Below are positions 39,201 through 45,971 of a stretch of 64,000 bases of DNA, one piece after another (positions within the stretch are counted from its first letter, which is position 1; every line of letters starts with the position of its first letter). Made by a program: the position numbers and the translations under genes. Below the pieces are notes generated by a model, which was not told the origin of the DNA, made no database searches, and saw only the letters and a list, made by a program, of their open reading frames with translations. The stretch is from a virus. Taxonomy: Duplodnaviria > Caudoviricetes. Location of the stretch: the IMG/VR virus record IMGVR_UViG_3300027969_000041; one strand, 5' to 3'.

Positions 39201-40806
39201 CTTAGATGGTACAGTAAGAGTTTACATTAATGGCAGACTGTTAGTAGGCGGTTTTGATTTTACTGTTGTATTAAAAGTTGTTACAATTATTGCCCCATTA
39301 ACTGCCGGTGACTTAGTTGCAATACTCAATACGCCTTTACCTGGTCCTAATTTGGATTATGATTATGACATTGACGGTACTACTCTTTATTTTAACCCAA
39401 ATAGAAGCCCGACAAGTTTCTCAACAACTGCAACTAATGGCTATCTTCGAGTTCTTACTTACAAAGATCACGACGAAATGCTAATGAGAACAGAACGATT
39501 TGATGGTAATCCTAATAGAAGATTTAAGATTTCTCGTCCAATAGAAGATAGCAAATATGTATGGGTTGATATCAACGGAGTACCATTAACTAGCGGTCTT
39601 GATTTTGAAATTCTTGATGATAAGGTAACTATTCAAATTAGTGATGATTATCGTCTTACACCTGGAGACAATATTGTTATTACTAGTATGGTACAACAAC
39701 GTTTTGCTACAACAATTGTTGGATATAGAATCTTCAATGACATGTTTAATAGAACACATTTTAAACGTTTGTCAAAACAAAACACTTCATTCTTAATCCA
39801 GCCATTGAAATTTACAGATACTGAAATTCATGTAAACGATGCAACAGTATTTGCACCGCCGTTAGTTGCCATGAATATTCCCGGAGTTGTAATTATTGAT
39901 GGAGAAAGAATTGAGTTCTTTACTGTCACTGATACTACATTAGGACAACTAAGAAGAAGTACATTAGGGACGGCACCTAGTTTCTATTCAGATGTTGGCA
40001 CAAAAGTAATTGATCAAAGTCCTGCACAGACTATTCCTTTCAGTGAAACTATTAAAAATCAATATCACTATATTTCAACATCGACTAGCACAGTTGTTTT
40101 AAATACGTCTACTAGTTCGTATACATTTATTATTAATACAGCTTCGACCGCAACAATAATTCCTTTAAGTATTAATACATCTACTATAACTAGTAACGGT
40201 ATTACTTTATCTACTGTAACTTCTGTAAATGCTGTTGATCAAATTCAAATATTCTACGGTGGACGACTGTTGAGAAAAGCAGGATATTATAAACACGACA
40301 CTACAATGTCCTATGATAGTCCCGATACTAAAGGTATTGAAATTAACTTTACATCCACTGTAGCAGCGTTACCGTATGCATTTGTACCTGGAACTGCGTA
40401 TGTTGTAACCGCAACAAATCAAGTCTGGGTTTATACTGATTCTCATGAATCAGATGCCGTTAAAGGATATGTTTATAGAGGAATGGATTATGTTCCTCCT
40501 GAATTTACTATTAACACCTCTACACAAGCAGTAACATTAAATATTGAAGGCGGTATAAGCAGCAATGTTAAATTACAAATTGTAAAGAAAGAATTTAATA
40601 AAGCAGAAGTTTGGAACGACGTTGATCCGTCAGACGCTAAAAGAACACTATCTATCATGGATAGTACCTCTACTCAAGCAACATTCCTACAATCTGAACC
40701 TGCAGAATTACCAGATAAGTACTATTTTGGAGGAGACATTACACTAGTTACTAGCGGCGGATCTCCACTAACTGATATTAATAACGAACCATTAGAAGGA
40801 TTTTAA
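27226..40806 (+). CDS. Giant virion structural protein (4526 aa), gp7-position baseplate wedge/adhesin
   Basis: 13.6-kb uninterrupted ORF after gp6. Contains FG-GAP-like repeats, small aromatic carbohydrate-binding-like modules and four GxGY/F...P repeats. Confidence 0.75.
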   Translation: MAKQVIKSINLLPEIFRTGKNSKFLASTIDQLIQPPDLERIDGYVGSKLTPTYVSTTDNYIPESLSLRRNYQLEPALVIKDNASNVTDVIGIDDLANEISTKGGKSDNFDRLFRSEVYSYDPHIDWDKLVNYQEYYWMVTGPETIVITGEQRNTTSTYTVIDNGTGSSFIFSPDGLTEDPVIELYRGNTYHFEVKSSFKFFVKTSPTTGNGDQYNYGITNNGTSSGTVTIVVGQNTPDTLYYTNDSQQFMQGQFSIKSLDQDTSIDIDLAIVGKKFYTSGLGVELTNGMKIRFGGTITPESYREKEYFVEGVGKAIQLIDYSLLTASQSIKNVYNDNFDTTAFDDYPFDNYKSLPLVPEYITINRASQDLNPWSKYNRWVHSSAIKASAEANNQIPVYPANQRAKRPIIEFVPNLKLFNFGSTGIDDVDYIDTVTTDAFSKVEGSAGYYVDGILLEQGNTVIFSADTDSIVRNKVFRVNYVKLKGSTYLELQTVSSPEAEASVSVNFGKKYAGTNWWFDGSNWNFSQQHDSLNQAPLFDLFDKLGNRYSDTVHYLSSFSGNKIFGYEIGTGSNDTVLGFPLKYKNSSGVGSYLFKNYFMTDTISISESNQVVTKISTADTYLKFINDETYTNVWALTADYQIPILQFQTIENQSTSTIAITAVDNPAIVDLQLDVFVNSVKIDAYTTAITGPNYFVKFTNVLTPGDNVLFKIYTDVPVNNNGYYELPLSLTNNPLNGPITSLTLSELSDHLHTAIHKSPDFVGNFPGVSNLRDISNIVAYGDRLISNASPLAFASFFIGKKNHSVIDATAKAADQYNQFKISLLKQLVKLEDQTDPVAALDIALKEINLDKDLLSPYYLSDMIAYGTDKTVRTWTVTDVRNTVYPITSDFRLDKLSLRSVLVYLNGVQLINSVDYEFVTDDSTIQMLTPLVVGDTITINDYYSTAGSFVPSTPTKLGLFPKFTPRIFEDTSYISAPVNVIQGHDGSIMLAYNDFRDNVILEFEKRIYNNIKTLYREDLIDINSVLPGAFRSTDYSVNEINEILQSDFIKWAGFYGIDYSTNNITLPDESRTWNFQGGYSDVVEKSVSGFWRAVLKYFYDTDRPDICPWEMLGFSEKPTWWEREYGPAPYTSGNEMLWDDLKTGTIRQGTRAGIHSVYARPGLYSILPVDNFGNLVDTSSLLSTITEYNKRQDWKFGDQGPAETSWRRSSYWPFAVQRLLALTKPAVYASLMYDTSRVTKNLAGQWTYGTDGEFLNIKNIFIHDDNKTLTSGYSVFVSETGQQRSKDYINELKTDLSNIDFNLFYKVGGFVSKDKLQILIDAYDPTTTGPGALLPQEDYNLILNTSNPVKSIGISGIIIQTTDDKFTVQGYDTENPYFTIYEPTRNSSTPTITVGGVSESYVTWTAGTTSGNTGLSDADTTTAVAASSGKFYQAGQLVAYGNDFYRVKISHQSGSTFNTAYFQAITTVPLTGGATVQTENGFNFTPKLVPYKTEFNTIQEIYDLIIGYGKWLTTQGFIFDEYNADFNSTIDWYFSGKEFLYWTTQKWSDRSIITLSPFAGKIKYQLAGTVVDNVFDSFYQYSLLNASGLSFPQGNISVNRDDGVCSIETVNSTDGIYFAVIHSVQKEHAMVFNSTTIFNDTIYDIETGYRQRRIKLSGFRTANWNGDYFSPGFIYDTAQIADWQQYKDYKSGDLVRFASFYYSANNNVSGTTSFDFTQWTKLGEKPVAGLLPNFDYKINQFEDFYSLDIDNFDSAQQKMAQHLTGYTPRVYLNNIFTNPISQYKFYQGFIKEKGTRNAINKLSKATVQNFQGEIDFKEEWAFRIGHYGAFETYNEIEIPLNEGGFIENPQVVNFVNSVPTSPNDLIYYSASADRVITPVDYTAKDTFPIDTDDDFEYQLSTAGYVRLDDVTATSYDDATLLEITNNGSIQEGDVIWIGFKKNGDWGVSRYTRSDAGVVGVTLDTNTSELTFITDNLHMLSEGDIVSVSQFGNTVNGIYTVKSVVGTNTFIVDTTLTFIDSTLLSAKGALYSFVSARFDTFDNLPLDNDLLSLPDGTKFWVDREELVAGEKTNKWKVYQKVNNFTAISNTGAYSNEQIGYSINKKNGNDMFVVGSPAFNTGTGVSRISGKVALYEKIGDTHAERAEFFLNDLPVTYYNVSSAPVSEFGRCVVYDDIETTNWHQYWKPSVTYTAGIIVRYGRYSYRCITSHTSTIDIDLTKWYKLNFGLIFSGAPGVSYAGTSTYTTYVQQGLVKISSINSSLLEEVTEKVLSNPVTAASYQRFGSSIFVQRSTGTKAMIISAPGTASTGTGAVYAYSITANTSTVGVTYSKVLTPPVTLNVGSQWGHAISGSDDASIIAVGAPGYSTSTGVVAIFTGTSVSTHYQAITSPFGKLARFGETVFVSADGTELFVSAPNVRNSDRSFGAVVVYSRTTGTFNTSTYQIIANPAKGAGMHFGKAIDITADGGILVVSALGNSKNVHTTFDTSTTFDAGSTSFFGNFKDSGTVYVFERERKSSRYVLADDLESTVTVAGSWYGNSVAVDDTAILVGAPAITGLTTSTMYQFNKIDSTITGFEVVSEKDDPIMIDAIQKVTLINAFTEEVVDYLDVVDPLKGKIVGIADQELKYKSAFDPAVYSVGTTSTVTDPESCWVDNHVGELWWDLSTSKYMWYEQSDLTYRKNNWGKLFPGATIDVYEWVVSIYLPSEWNTKSNSAAGLAEGVSGQPKFIDDSTVSVKQVYDRMTNSFSNYYYYWVKNKITVPNAKNRRVSAYQVSSMIADPTAYGIKFAAIIDSDAIALANVGPLLVDNRIHLNVSLDSTNKNEALKHTEWLLLQEGSATSTPNTLLEKKLLDSLLGHDSLGNPVPNPTLSARTRYGIGIRPQQTLFKDRLEALRNLVEFTNSVLIKNLITDNYSFSNLNKQDNIPDEYSHQYDQVVEDNEGLLIIDTRLFSRPVLTCTVANGKIRSVQIVNPGFGYKISPTVSIISDVKSDALITTEIDDLGRVTSVKIDNPGNGFTSAPTLEVRQYTVIVQADTQFNGKWSKFVYNLDTHAWTRIGTQTYNTPLYWNYIDWSSTEYNPYLDYTATVDDVYEVNKLDLTTGQYVKVKNGGSGSYIILEKVSADTVGTFDAEYNIVYSENGTIQIANSIWDTKNSTLGFDQVGSFDQTLYDQTPDIELQYILAALKNDIFVNELKVNWNLFFFKAVKYALTEQKLLDWAFKTSFINVVNNAGLLDQRPVYKLSNTDYYEQYLEEVKPYHTNIRTFTSKNSVTDPTHTYTTDFDLPSVYNKTTGLFESIEIGSDKLSQYPWKSWADNNTYEVGAIKVGVKGSGYTVPPTIEIITAPGDTGSGATARAFISSGQVTGIEVTNPGSGYMKSPTVSIVGGGDTQLTKAVAYAQLSNGKIRTNQISMKFDRVSSVDQIGSNTVTDKFICNGAISEFTLNWLAKASKLDITITLDGNIVLSSDYTLEYFTEDYNGYNKKFSKIVFLSYVPASNQLLEVTYLKNTDLFNATERILNYYTATSGMPGLDLGQLMLGIDYPKTKIEGLLFDKTQSWDLVFPNGEGTPFGQSSYADSISYYTKTTSSFTSTIVNAGTQTSVVLSTTTGIAVGQFVNVISTTTNAFTSSTVKVSSVNKATRTIVLNTTTVATLNTGSIFEFWTYDTNSSLLDSAIDGGNLSYSTALGINPADINIDGDSFFSANTSHAPEEFVPGQASESIGINVYTKNPQGAPLVFSGSIPIQSNTVTTFALGMRPISINNISVSFNHQLLSYATNLQFLTNVGTPEYQINWETNEIIIGPQGPSGYVGYTITSIGGGRPDIEAGVIDTAVSVGQPYVGFEDINSPAIQVVSLSSYDTVKSVYVTLNGIPIAQGPSNTTYYVLTYANENDNRAAVNVRNLPSNQINTVQAWFFGTQYDYYNEIREQIIPISTTTYEYTLLYPPGPTEPAAASAIIEHHFATGLTKRLIPPHINYYQITTSTETTFVIDNNGVFNALDGTVRVYINGRLLVGGFDFTVVLKVVTIIAPLTAGDLVAILNTPLPGPNLDYDYDIDGTTLYFNPNRSPTSFSTTATNGYLRVLTYKDHDEMLMRTERFDGNPNRRFKISRPIEDSKYVWVDINGVPLTSGLDFEILDDKVTIQISDDYRLTPGDNIVITSMVQQRFATTIVGYRIFNDMFNRTHFKRLSKQNTSFLIQPLKFTDTEIHVNDATVFAPPLVAMNIPGVVIIDGERIEFFTVTDTTLGQLRRSTLGTAPSFYSDVGTKVIDQSPAQTIPFSETIKNQYHYISTSTSTVVLNTSTSSYTFIINTASTATIIPLSINTSTITSNGITLSTVTSVNAVDQIQIFYGGRLLRKAGYYKHDTTMSYDSPDTKGIEINFTSTVAALPYAFVPGTAYVVTATNQVWVYTDSHESDAVKGYVYRGMDYVPPEFTINTSTQAVTLNIEGGISSNVKLQIVKKEFNKAEVWNDVDPSDAKRTLSIMDSTSTQATFLQSEPAELPDKYYFGGDITLVTSGGSPLTDINNEPLEGF

Positions 40807-40807
40807 C

Positions 40808-41062
40808 ATGCCAAATATCACACAACTTCCTGTCATTGACACCGCAGGCGATCAAACTTACTTTTTAACAGTTGATAGTAAACTAGCAAGACGCATAAAA
40901 GCTAGTTCACTAATTGATCAACTATCTGCTTCTAGAGCAGTACCAGTCCCTTCAACTTCATTATCTGCCGGAACAGTTGGAGATATCGCATACGATGACA
41001 GATATGTTTATATATGTGTTGCTGAAAATACTTGGCGTAGATTGTCTGCAGGCACATTTTAA
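40808..41062 (+). CDS. Small virion-associated protein (84 aa)
   Basis: Tightly coupled to neighbours; C-terminal GDIAYDDRYVYICVAENTWRR resembles short fibre-associated modules. Confidence 0.55.
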   Translation: MPNITQLPVIDTAGDQTYFLTVDSKLARRIKASSLIDQLSASRAVPVPSTSLSAGTVGDIAYDDRYVYICVAENTWRRLSAGTF

Positions 41063-41067
41063 TACAG

Positions 41068-41075
41068 TATAAATA
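41068..41075 (+). promoter_or_regulatory. T4-consensus late promoter TATAAATA
   Basis: Exact TATAAATA just upstream of ATG 41080. Confidence 0.75.
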
Positions 41076-41079
41076 CCAT

Positions 41080-41745
41080 ATGGAACCGACCGAAACTATG
41101 AAAAGCCAACAACCTCAACAACAAAATACCCCAGAATCAAAGCCTAACGAGCTTGGATCCGTTAGAGTTCAGGGCCATATTAAAATCTTTGATCCCGAAA
41201 CTAAAGAAGTGTTTATTGATAAGCGTAATGCTATCCATTATGAAAACTTCAGTATTGCAATGGCCCGTAGTTTAAGTAACCAAGGTTATGGTACTATCGG
41301 AGAAATGTGCTTTGGTAATGGCGGGACCCGAGTTGACCAAACTGGAATTATCACATATCTTACTCCGAACGTAGTAGGAACAAGTGCTAGTTTATATAAT
41401 CAAACTTATTATAAAACAGTTGATGCTAGACAGTCGAGTGACTTAGATCCTGCTAGAAATTTCATGGAGACTCGACACGTTGCTGGAACTTCTTATTCAG
41501 ATATCTTAGTTAGTTGCTTATTAGATTTTGGTGAGCCCAGCGGCCAAAGTGCATTTGATAATGCTACAAATTCAGACGGTGATTTTGTATTTGATGAATT
41601 GGGTCTTAGATCCTACAGTCCAGACGGAGCAGGTACAGGAGACTTATTAACACATGTTATCTTCCACCCTGTTCAAAAGTCGTTAAACAGAATGATTCAG
41701 ATCGATTATACAGTGAGAGTTCAGAGCCTTACTAGTGGAGTTTAA
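41080..41745 (+). CDS. Baseplate/fibre-attachment structural protein (221 aa)
   Basis: Late promoter upstream; position before the fibre cluster; FDELGL...THVIFHPVQKSLNR. Confidence 0.55.
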   Translation: MEPTETMKSQQPQQQNTPESKPNELGSVRVQGHIKIFDPETKEVFIDKRNAIHYENFSIAMARSLSNQGYGTIGEMCFGNGGTRVDQTGIITYLTPNVVGTSASLYNQTYYKTVDARQSSDLDPARNFMETRHVAGTSYSDILVSCLLDFGEPSGQSAFDNATNSDGDFVFDELGLRSYSPDGAGTGDLLTHVIFHPVQKSLNRMIQIDYTVRVQSLTSGV

Positions 41746-41747
41746 CA

Positions 41748-43337
41748 ATGACATATACACTACGATACTCAGATCTTACTAAAGACAAAACTGTTACAGT
41801 CCCTAATATGCCCCCTGGCATTAATACTGTTGACACAAGTTTGAGTCTAGTTGGGAGAGGTTATCCTAATTATGGTGAAAAGATTGCTGAAAATTTTTTG
41901 CATTTATTAGAAAATTTTTCCGGACCTATCCCTCCCGAGAACCCAATTGAAGGACAACTGTGGTACGATACTAGCGATATATCTAGGAAAGTTCTGCGTG
42001 TTATGGACGGTACTGCTTCGGCTACTCGCTGGCCTAGTGCCGCTGGAATATACCAACAAAATAGCGATCCTAAAGATACTTCGACTGCGGGGTTAAAAGA
42101 CGGAGATATTTGGGTAGACACTGCTGCTGTCCAACTTAGAATTTATAAAAATGGTGCTTGGACCACAGTTGGTCCTACTATTGCTTCTGGTTCTACAAAA
42201 ACAGGAATGGAAGCAACTACCCGTGAAAGCAGTACAGGCACAACTTCAACTGTAATATTAAATTATGTAGACGGGGTAATTGTATCTGTTGTTTCAAATG
42301 ATGAATTTATCCCGCAACCTTCTATCGAAGGTTTCAGTGTAATTCGTCCGGGCCTTAATATTAGACCTACTGAAGTTACTAAAAATTATAGAATTTGGGG
42401 AGATGCTGATAGAGCAGTAAACTTAAAGGTATCTGGCGTAAATTATTCAGGTGCTGAATTTTTAAGAAAAAATGATTATTCAAATCGTGGACAAGTTGTT
42501 AAAGGCCATATAGTATTCACACAAAGTAATGCAGCACTTAGAGATGCTAATTCCGTTAATAACGGTCTTGTTATTGACAGCGGAACAGGTAGTGAGTATG
42601 TTCAGTTTGCTAAAGAAAATGATAATGCAGTATTATACACTAGTGTTCTTGCTGGTAAACTTATTTTTAGAACAAATAATTTAGGAACGTCGTTTGATGC
42701 AATTTCTGTAGGAAGTTCATCAGTTGATATTATTACAACAACCACAGTTAGCAAAGATGTAACTATTGCTGGAACACTTTCAATTAGCAATACATCTACT
42801 ACTTCGATACAAACCGCGGGCGGATTAAGCATTGCTAAAGATATTATTGCAGGTAGTTCTATTTCTGTGTCCAAAGTAATATCTGCTAATACAGTAACGG
42901 TAGGGACTGCATCTGGAAACGGCGTTGCAATTGCAGTCAACAATGCTGGTACATACGATATTGGAACAGCAAGTAATAAATTTAGAAGTATATATGCATC
43001 AAATGTTTATTCTACTGTTGCAATCTATACTACAGCAGTTAATGCAGTTTCAGTAAGTGCATCATCTATATCTGCTACTACTGCTACTGTAAATAATTCA
43101 TTTGTTAATATTACTGGAGAAGTAAAATCTTTTGCAGGATCATCAATTCCATCTGGCTGGCTTACTTGTAATGGTGCAACTTTTTCAACATCTACTTATG
43201 CAGGGTTGTTTAGTGTAATAGGTTACACATATGGTGGTTCTGGAAGTAGTCCTAAAGTTCCAAATATGTCTACTTCGACATATATTACAACAGGAACAAG
43301 TACAGGAACATACCTAACATATATCATAAAGACATAA
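41748..43337 (+). CDS. Tail fibre paralog 1 with C-terminal tail-collar domain
   Basis: Shared N-terminal domain (TSLSLVGRGYPNYGEKIAENFLHLLENF...PIEGQLWYD); C-terminal GEVKSFAGSSIPSGWLTCNGATFS...LFSVIG collar motif. Confidence 0.75.
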   Translation: MTYTLRYSDLTKDKTVTVPNMPPGINTVDTSLSLVGRGYPNYGEKIAENFLHLLENFSGPIPPENPIEGQLWYDTSDISRKVLRVMDGTASATRWPSAAGIYQQNSDPKDTSTAGLKDGDIWVDTAAVQLRIYKNGAWTTVGPTIASGSTKTGMEATTRESSTGTTSTVILNYVDGVIVSVVSNDEFIPQPSIEGFSVIRPGLNIRPTEVTKNYRIWGDADRAVNLKVSGVNYSGAEFLRKNDYSNRGQVVKGHIVFTQSNAALRDANSVNNGLVIDSGTGSEYVQFAKENDNAVLYTSVLAGKLIFRTNNLGTSFDAISVGSSSVDIITTTTVSKDVTIAGTLSISNTSTTSIQTAGGLSIAKDIIAGSSISVSKVISANTVTVGTASGNGVAIAVNNAGTYDIGTASNKFRSIYASNVYSTVAIYTTAVNAVSVSASSISATTATVNNSFVNITGEVKSFAGSSIPSGWLTCNGATFSTSTYAGLFSVIGYTYGGSGSSPKVPNMSTSTYITTGTSTGTYLTYIIKT

Positions 43338-43341
43338 CAAA

Positions 43342-44916
43342 ATGGCATATACAATTTATAACACCGATGGAACAACTCTGCTATTATTAGCAGACAATAC
43401 TGTAGATCAATCTGCTACTAGTTTAAATCTTGTTGGCAAGAATGTTAATGGGTATGGTCAGTATGTGAACAACAACTTTATAAAGTTGTTAGGTAGTTCT
43501 GCAAGTGCAGCAGGTAGTCCTCCTAGAAGTCCATTAACGGGTCAATTATGGTTTGACACTACTGCTCGTAGGTTAAAAGTATATGATGGATCTTTTAAGC
43601 CAGTAACTGGTGCAAGTGTTTCGGGAAGTGCTCCTGCAAATCCTGTGTCCGGCGACCTATGGTTTGACTCAATTAACTATCAATTAAACGCATACAACGG
43701 AGCAGTTTGGACTATTGTTGGACCTCCATTCCAGGCCCGTGTTGGAGAAAACGGATGGATTGTTCCTCCCGGTTCTTTCCTTGACACTTATCAAAATAGA
43801 CAATTAGTTACTTTGATGAAGAACTACGGTAGGACACTGGGAATCATTTCTACTGCTTCTTTTACAACAACTGAGTTTACAACATCTACTACATTGTTGT
43901 CGACTAGTACAACTGATATAGTTAACGGATTAACAATATTTGGGTCTATACAAGCAACTGGCAATATGAAAGTGTATAATACACTTACTACTAAATTACT
44001 TCTTTCTACAAATATAATAAATTCTGGAACACTTACTACCATAGATCTTGATACAAGAACAATGTTAGCTAGCTCTACCGCAACATTTACAAAGACTACT
44101 AATAGTACTAGCACTACAACCGGGGCATTAATAATTTCTGGCGGTGTTGGTATTGGTAAAGATTTATATGTTGGTGGTAAGATTGTTGCACAAGAATTAG
44201 ACATTCAATATACAACAGTAACCACAACTTTAATAATTACAGATGATGTAATTTCTACATACAATACAACTCCTGCATATTCAACAAATACCGGAGCATT
44301 GGTAATTGGTGGAGGTATAGGTGTAAATGGTGGTGTATTTGTTGGTGCCGCATTAACTGCAACAACAGTGGTTGCAACTCATTCAACAACTACTAATGCA
44401 GTAATATCTAAACTAACAGCAACAAATGTACTAGTTACAACTATTACTGCTACTAATTCATTGGTTACAAATTTCACTGCTACTAATTCAACTCTTACTA
44501 ATGTTGTAATAGGTGCCGCACTGAATATGGGGACCAATAAAATTACCAATATGGCTGACCCTGTTGCTGATACAGATGCAGTAACCAGACAATTCTTATA
44601 TGGTAGAAGCATTGTATTAAGTATGGATGTCTCAGACGGAATAAGCAATGCTAATATTATTACTTACCTTGCTCAGATTGCTCCTGTTGCTGAATATAAA
44701 AATGGTACAAATGCTAGAATTTTGTGCTCAACAATTACCCTTAGTTCTGGTACAGTATCTGTAAGTACAACAAACGGTACATTCTTGATAACAACTTCAA
44801 CTTCCGGAACAGCATTAACTGGTGCAACTGCTAGTGCAACTGCACCTACTGTGAGTGTTTCAAGAGTTGTAAAGACATTTACAATATCCAGCGGAGCATG
44901 GACTTTTGTATCGTAA
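43342..44916 (+). CDS. Tail fibre paralog 2 (Thr-rich)
   Basis: Same N-terminal domain (TSLNLVGKNVNGYG...GQLWFD); two TGALxxxGG repeats; NKITNMADPVADTDAV motif. Confidence 0.7.
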   Translation: MAYTIYNTDGTTLLLLADNTVDQSATSLNLVGKNVNGYGQYVNNNFIKLLGSSASAAGSPPRSPLTGQLWFDTTARRLKVYDGSFKPVTGASVSGSAPANPVSGDLWFDSINYQLNAYNGAVWTIVGPPFQARVGENGWIVPPGSFLDTYQNRQLVTLMKNYGRTLGIISTASFTTTEFTTSTTLLSTSTTDIVNGLTIFGSIQATGNMKVYNTLTTKLLLSTNIINSGTLTTIDLDTRTMLASSTATFTKTTNSTSTTTGALIISGGVGIGKDLYVGGKIVAQELDIQYTTVTTTLIITDDVISTYNTTPAYSTNTGALVIGGGIGVNGGVFVGAALTATTVVATHSTTTNAVISKLTATNVLVTTITATNSLVTNFTATNSTLTNVVIGAALNMGTNKITNMADPVADTDAVTRQFLYGRSIVLSMDVSDGISNANIITYLAQIAPVAEYKNGTNARILCSTITLSSGTVSVSTTNGTFLITTSTSGTALTGATASATAPTVSVSRVVKTFTISSGAWTFVS

Positions 44917-44930
44917 ACTAGGAATAAAAA

Positions 44931-45959
44931 ATGGCTTCATATGATTTGAATAAAAAAGACGGAACAGTATTAACAACATTGTCAGATGGGGCAATAGACA
45001 CTACCCATGCAAGTCTAACGTTTGTTGGAAAGAATGTCGTTAATTATGGTCCTATACAAAACGAAAACTTTTTATACCTATTAGAAAATTTTGCAAATGG
45101 TGCTGCACCTTCGCTACCGGTAGCTGGACAATTATGGTATGATAGTGGTCCTGGCACATTAAAAATTTATGATGCTACTCGATGGAATCAATTACCTAAA
45201 GTTGTATATAACACGACAGCAACTAACCAAGCAAACGGTGACCTATGGTTCAATACAACCACTGGGCAACTATTTGTAAAAGCAGGATCTTCATATACAT
45301 TAATTGGTCCCAAAACTTCGGCAACCACAGCAGGATCATTAGAAGCTTCTGTTAATATTAATAATGTTCCTTTTACTGGAACAGCTAGTATTACAGTTTC
45401 TTCAACTACAACCAATGTGTTATCTACTGGATCATATATTACTGGTAGTAACTTTAATGGATCTGCCGCTACTACTTGGTCAGTATACACAGGTCAAGCA
45501 GGCGCCGCAACCGGCAATGCAGTCGTTGCTAGAGATGTTTCAGGAGATATTTGGTATGCTGTTGGGCACGGAATTGCATCATCTGCTCGTTATGCTGACC
45601 TTGCAGAAAAATATTTGGCTGATAAAGAATATGAAGTTGGAACAGTTATGTCAGTTAATGATTCTGGCGAGTCTGAAATTAGAGCTTCAAACATTGGAGA
45701 GCGGGCAATAGGCGTAGTTTCTGCAAACCCAGCTTATCTAATGAATACTGATTTAGAAGGTGGTACAGCAGTTGCATTAAAAGGTCGTGTGCCTGTTAAA
45801 GTATTTGGTCCTGTTAAAAAAGGAGATCGATTAGAAGCATTTAGCGATGGGTTAGCTACAAAGGCTGCAGATAACTCTACTAATGTGTTTGCTGTTGCAT
45901 TAGAAAGTAATATTGATACTAATCTAAAAATTAATTTAATCGAATCTGTTATACTGTAA
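44931..45959 (+). CDS. Tail fibre paralog 3
   Basis: Same N-terminal domain; C-terminal ARYADLAEKY...YEVGTV...VALKGRVPVKV domain. Confidence 0.7.
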   Translation: MASYDLNKKDGTVLTTLSDGAIDTTHASLTFVGKNVVNYGPIQNENFLYLLENFANGAAPSLPVAGQLWYDSGPGTLKIYDATRWNQLPKVVYNTTATNQANGDLWFNTTTGQLFVKAGSSYTLIGPKTSATTAGSLEASVNINNVPFTGTASITVSSTTTNVLSTGSYITGSNFNGSAATTWSVYTGQAGAATGNAVVARDVSGDIWYAVGHGIASSARYADLAEKYLADKEYEVGTVMSVNDSGESEIRASNIGERAIGVVSANPAYLMNTDLEGGTAVALKGRVPVKVFGPVKKGDRLEAFSDGLATKAADNSTNVFAVALESNIDTNLKINLIESVIL

Positions 45960-45971
45960 ATTGGAATAATT

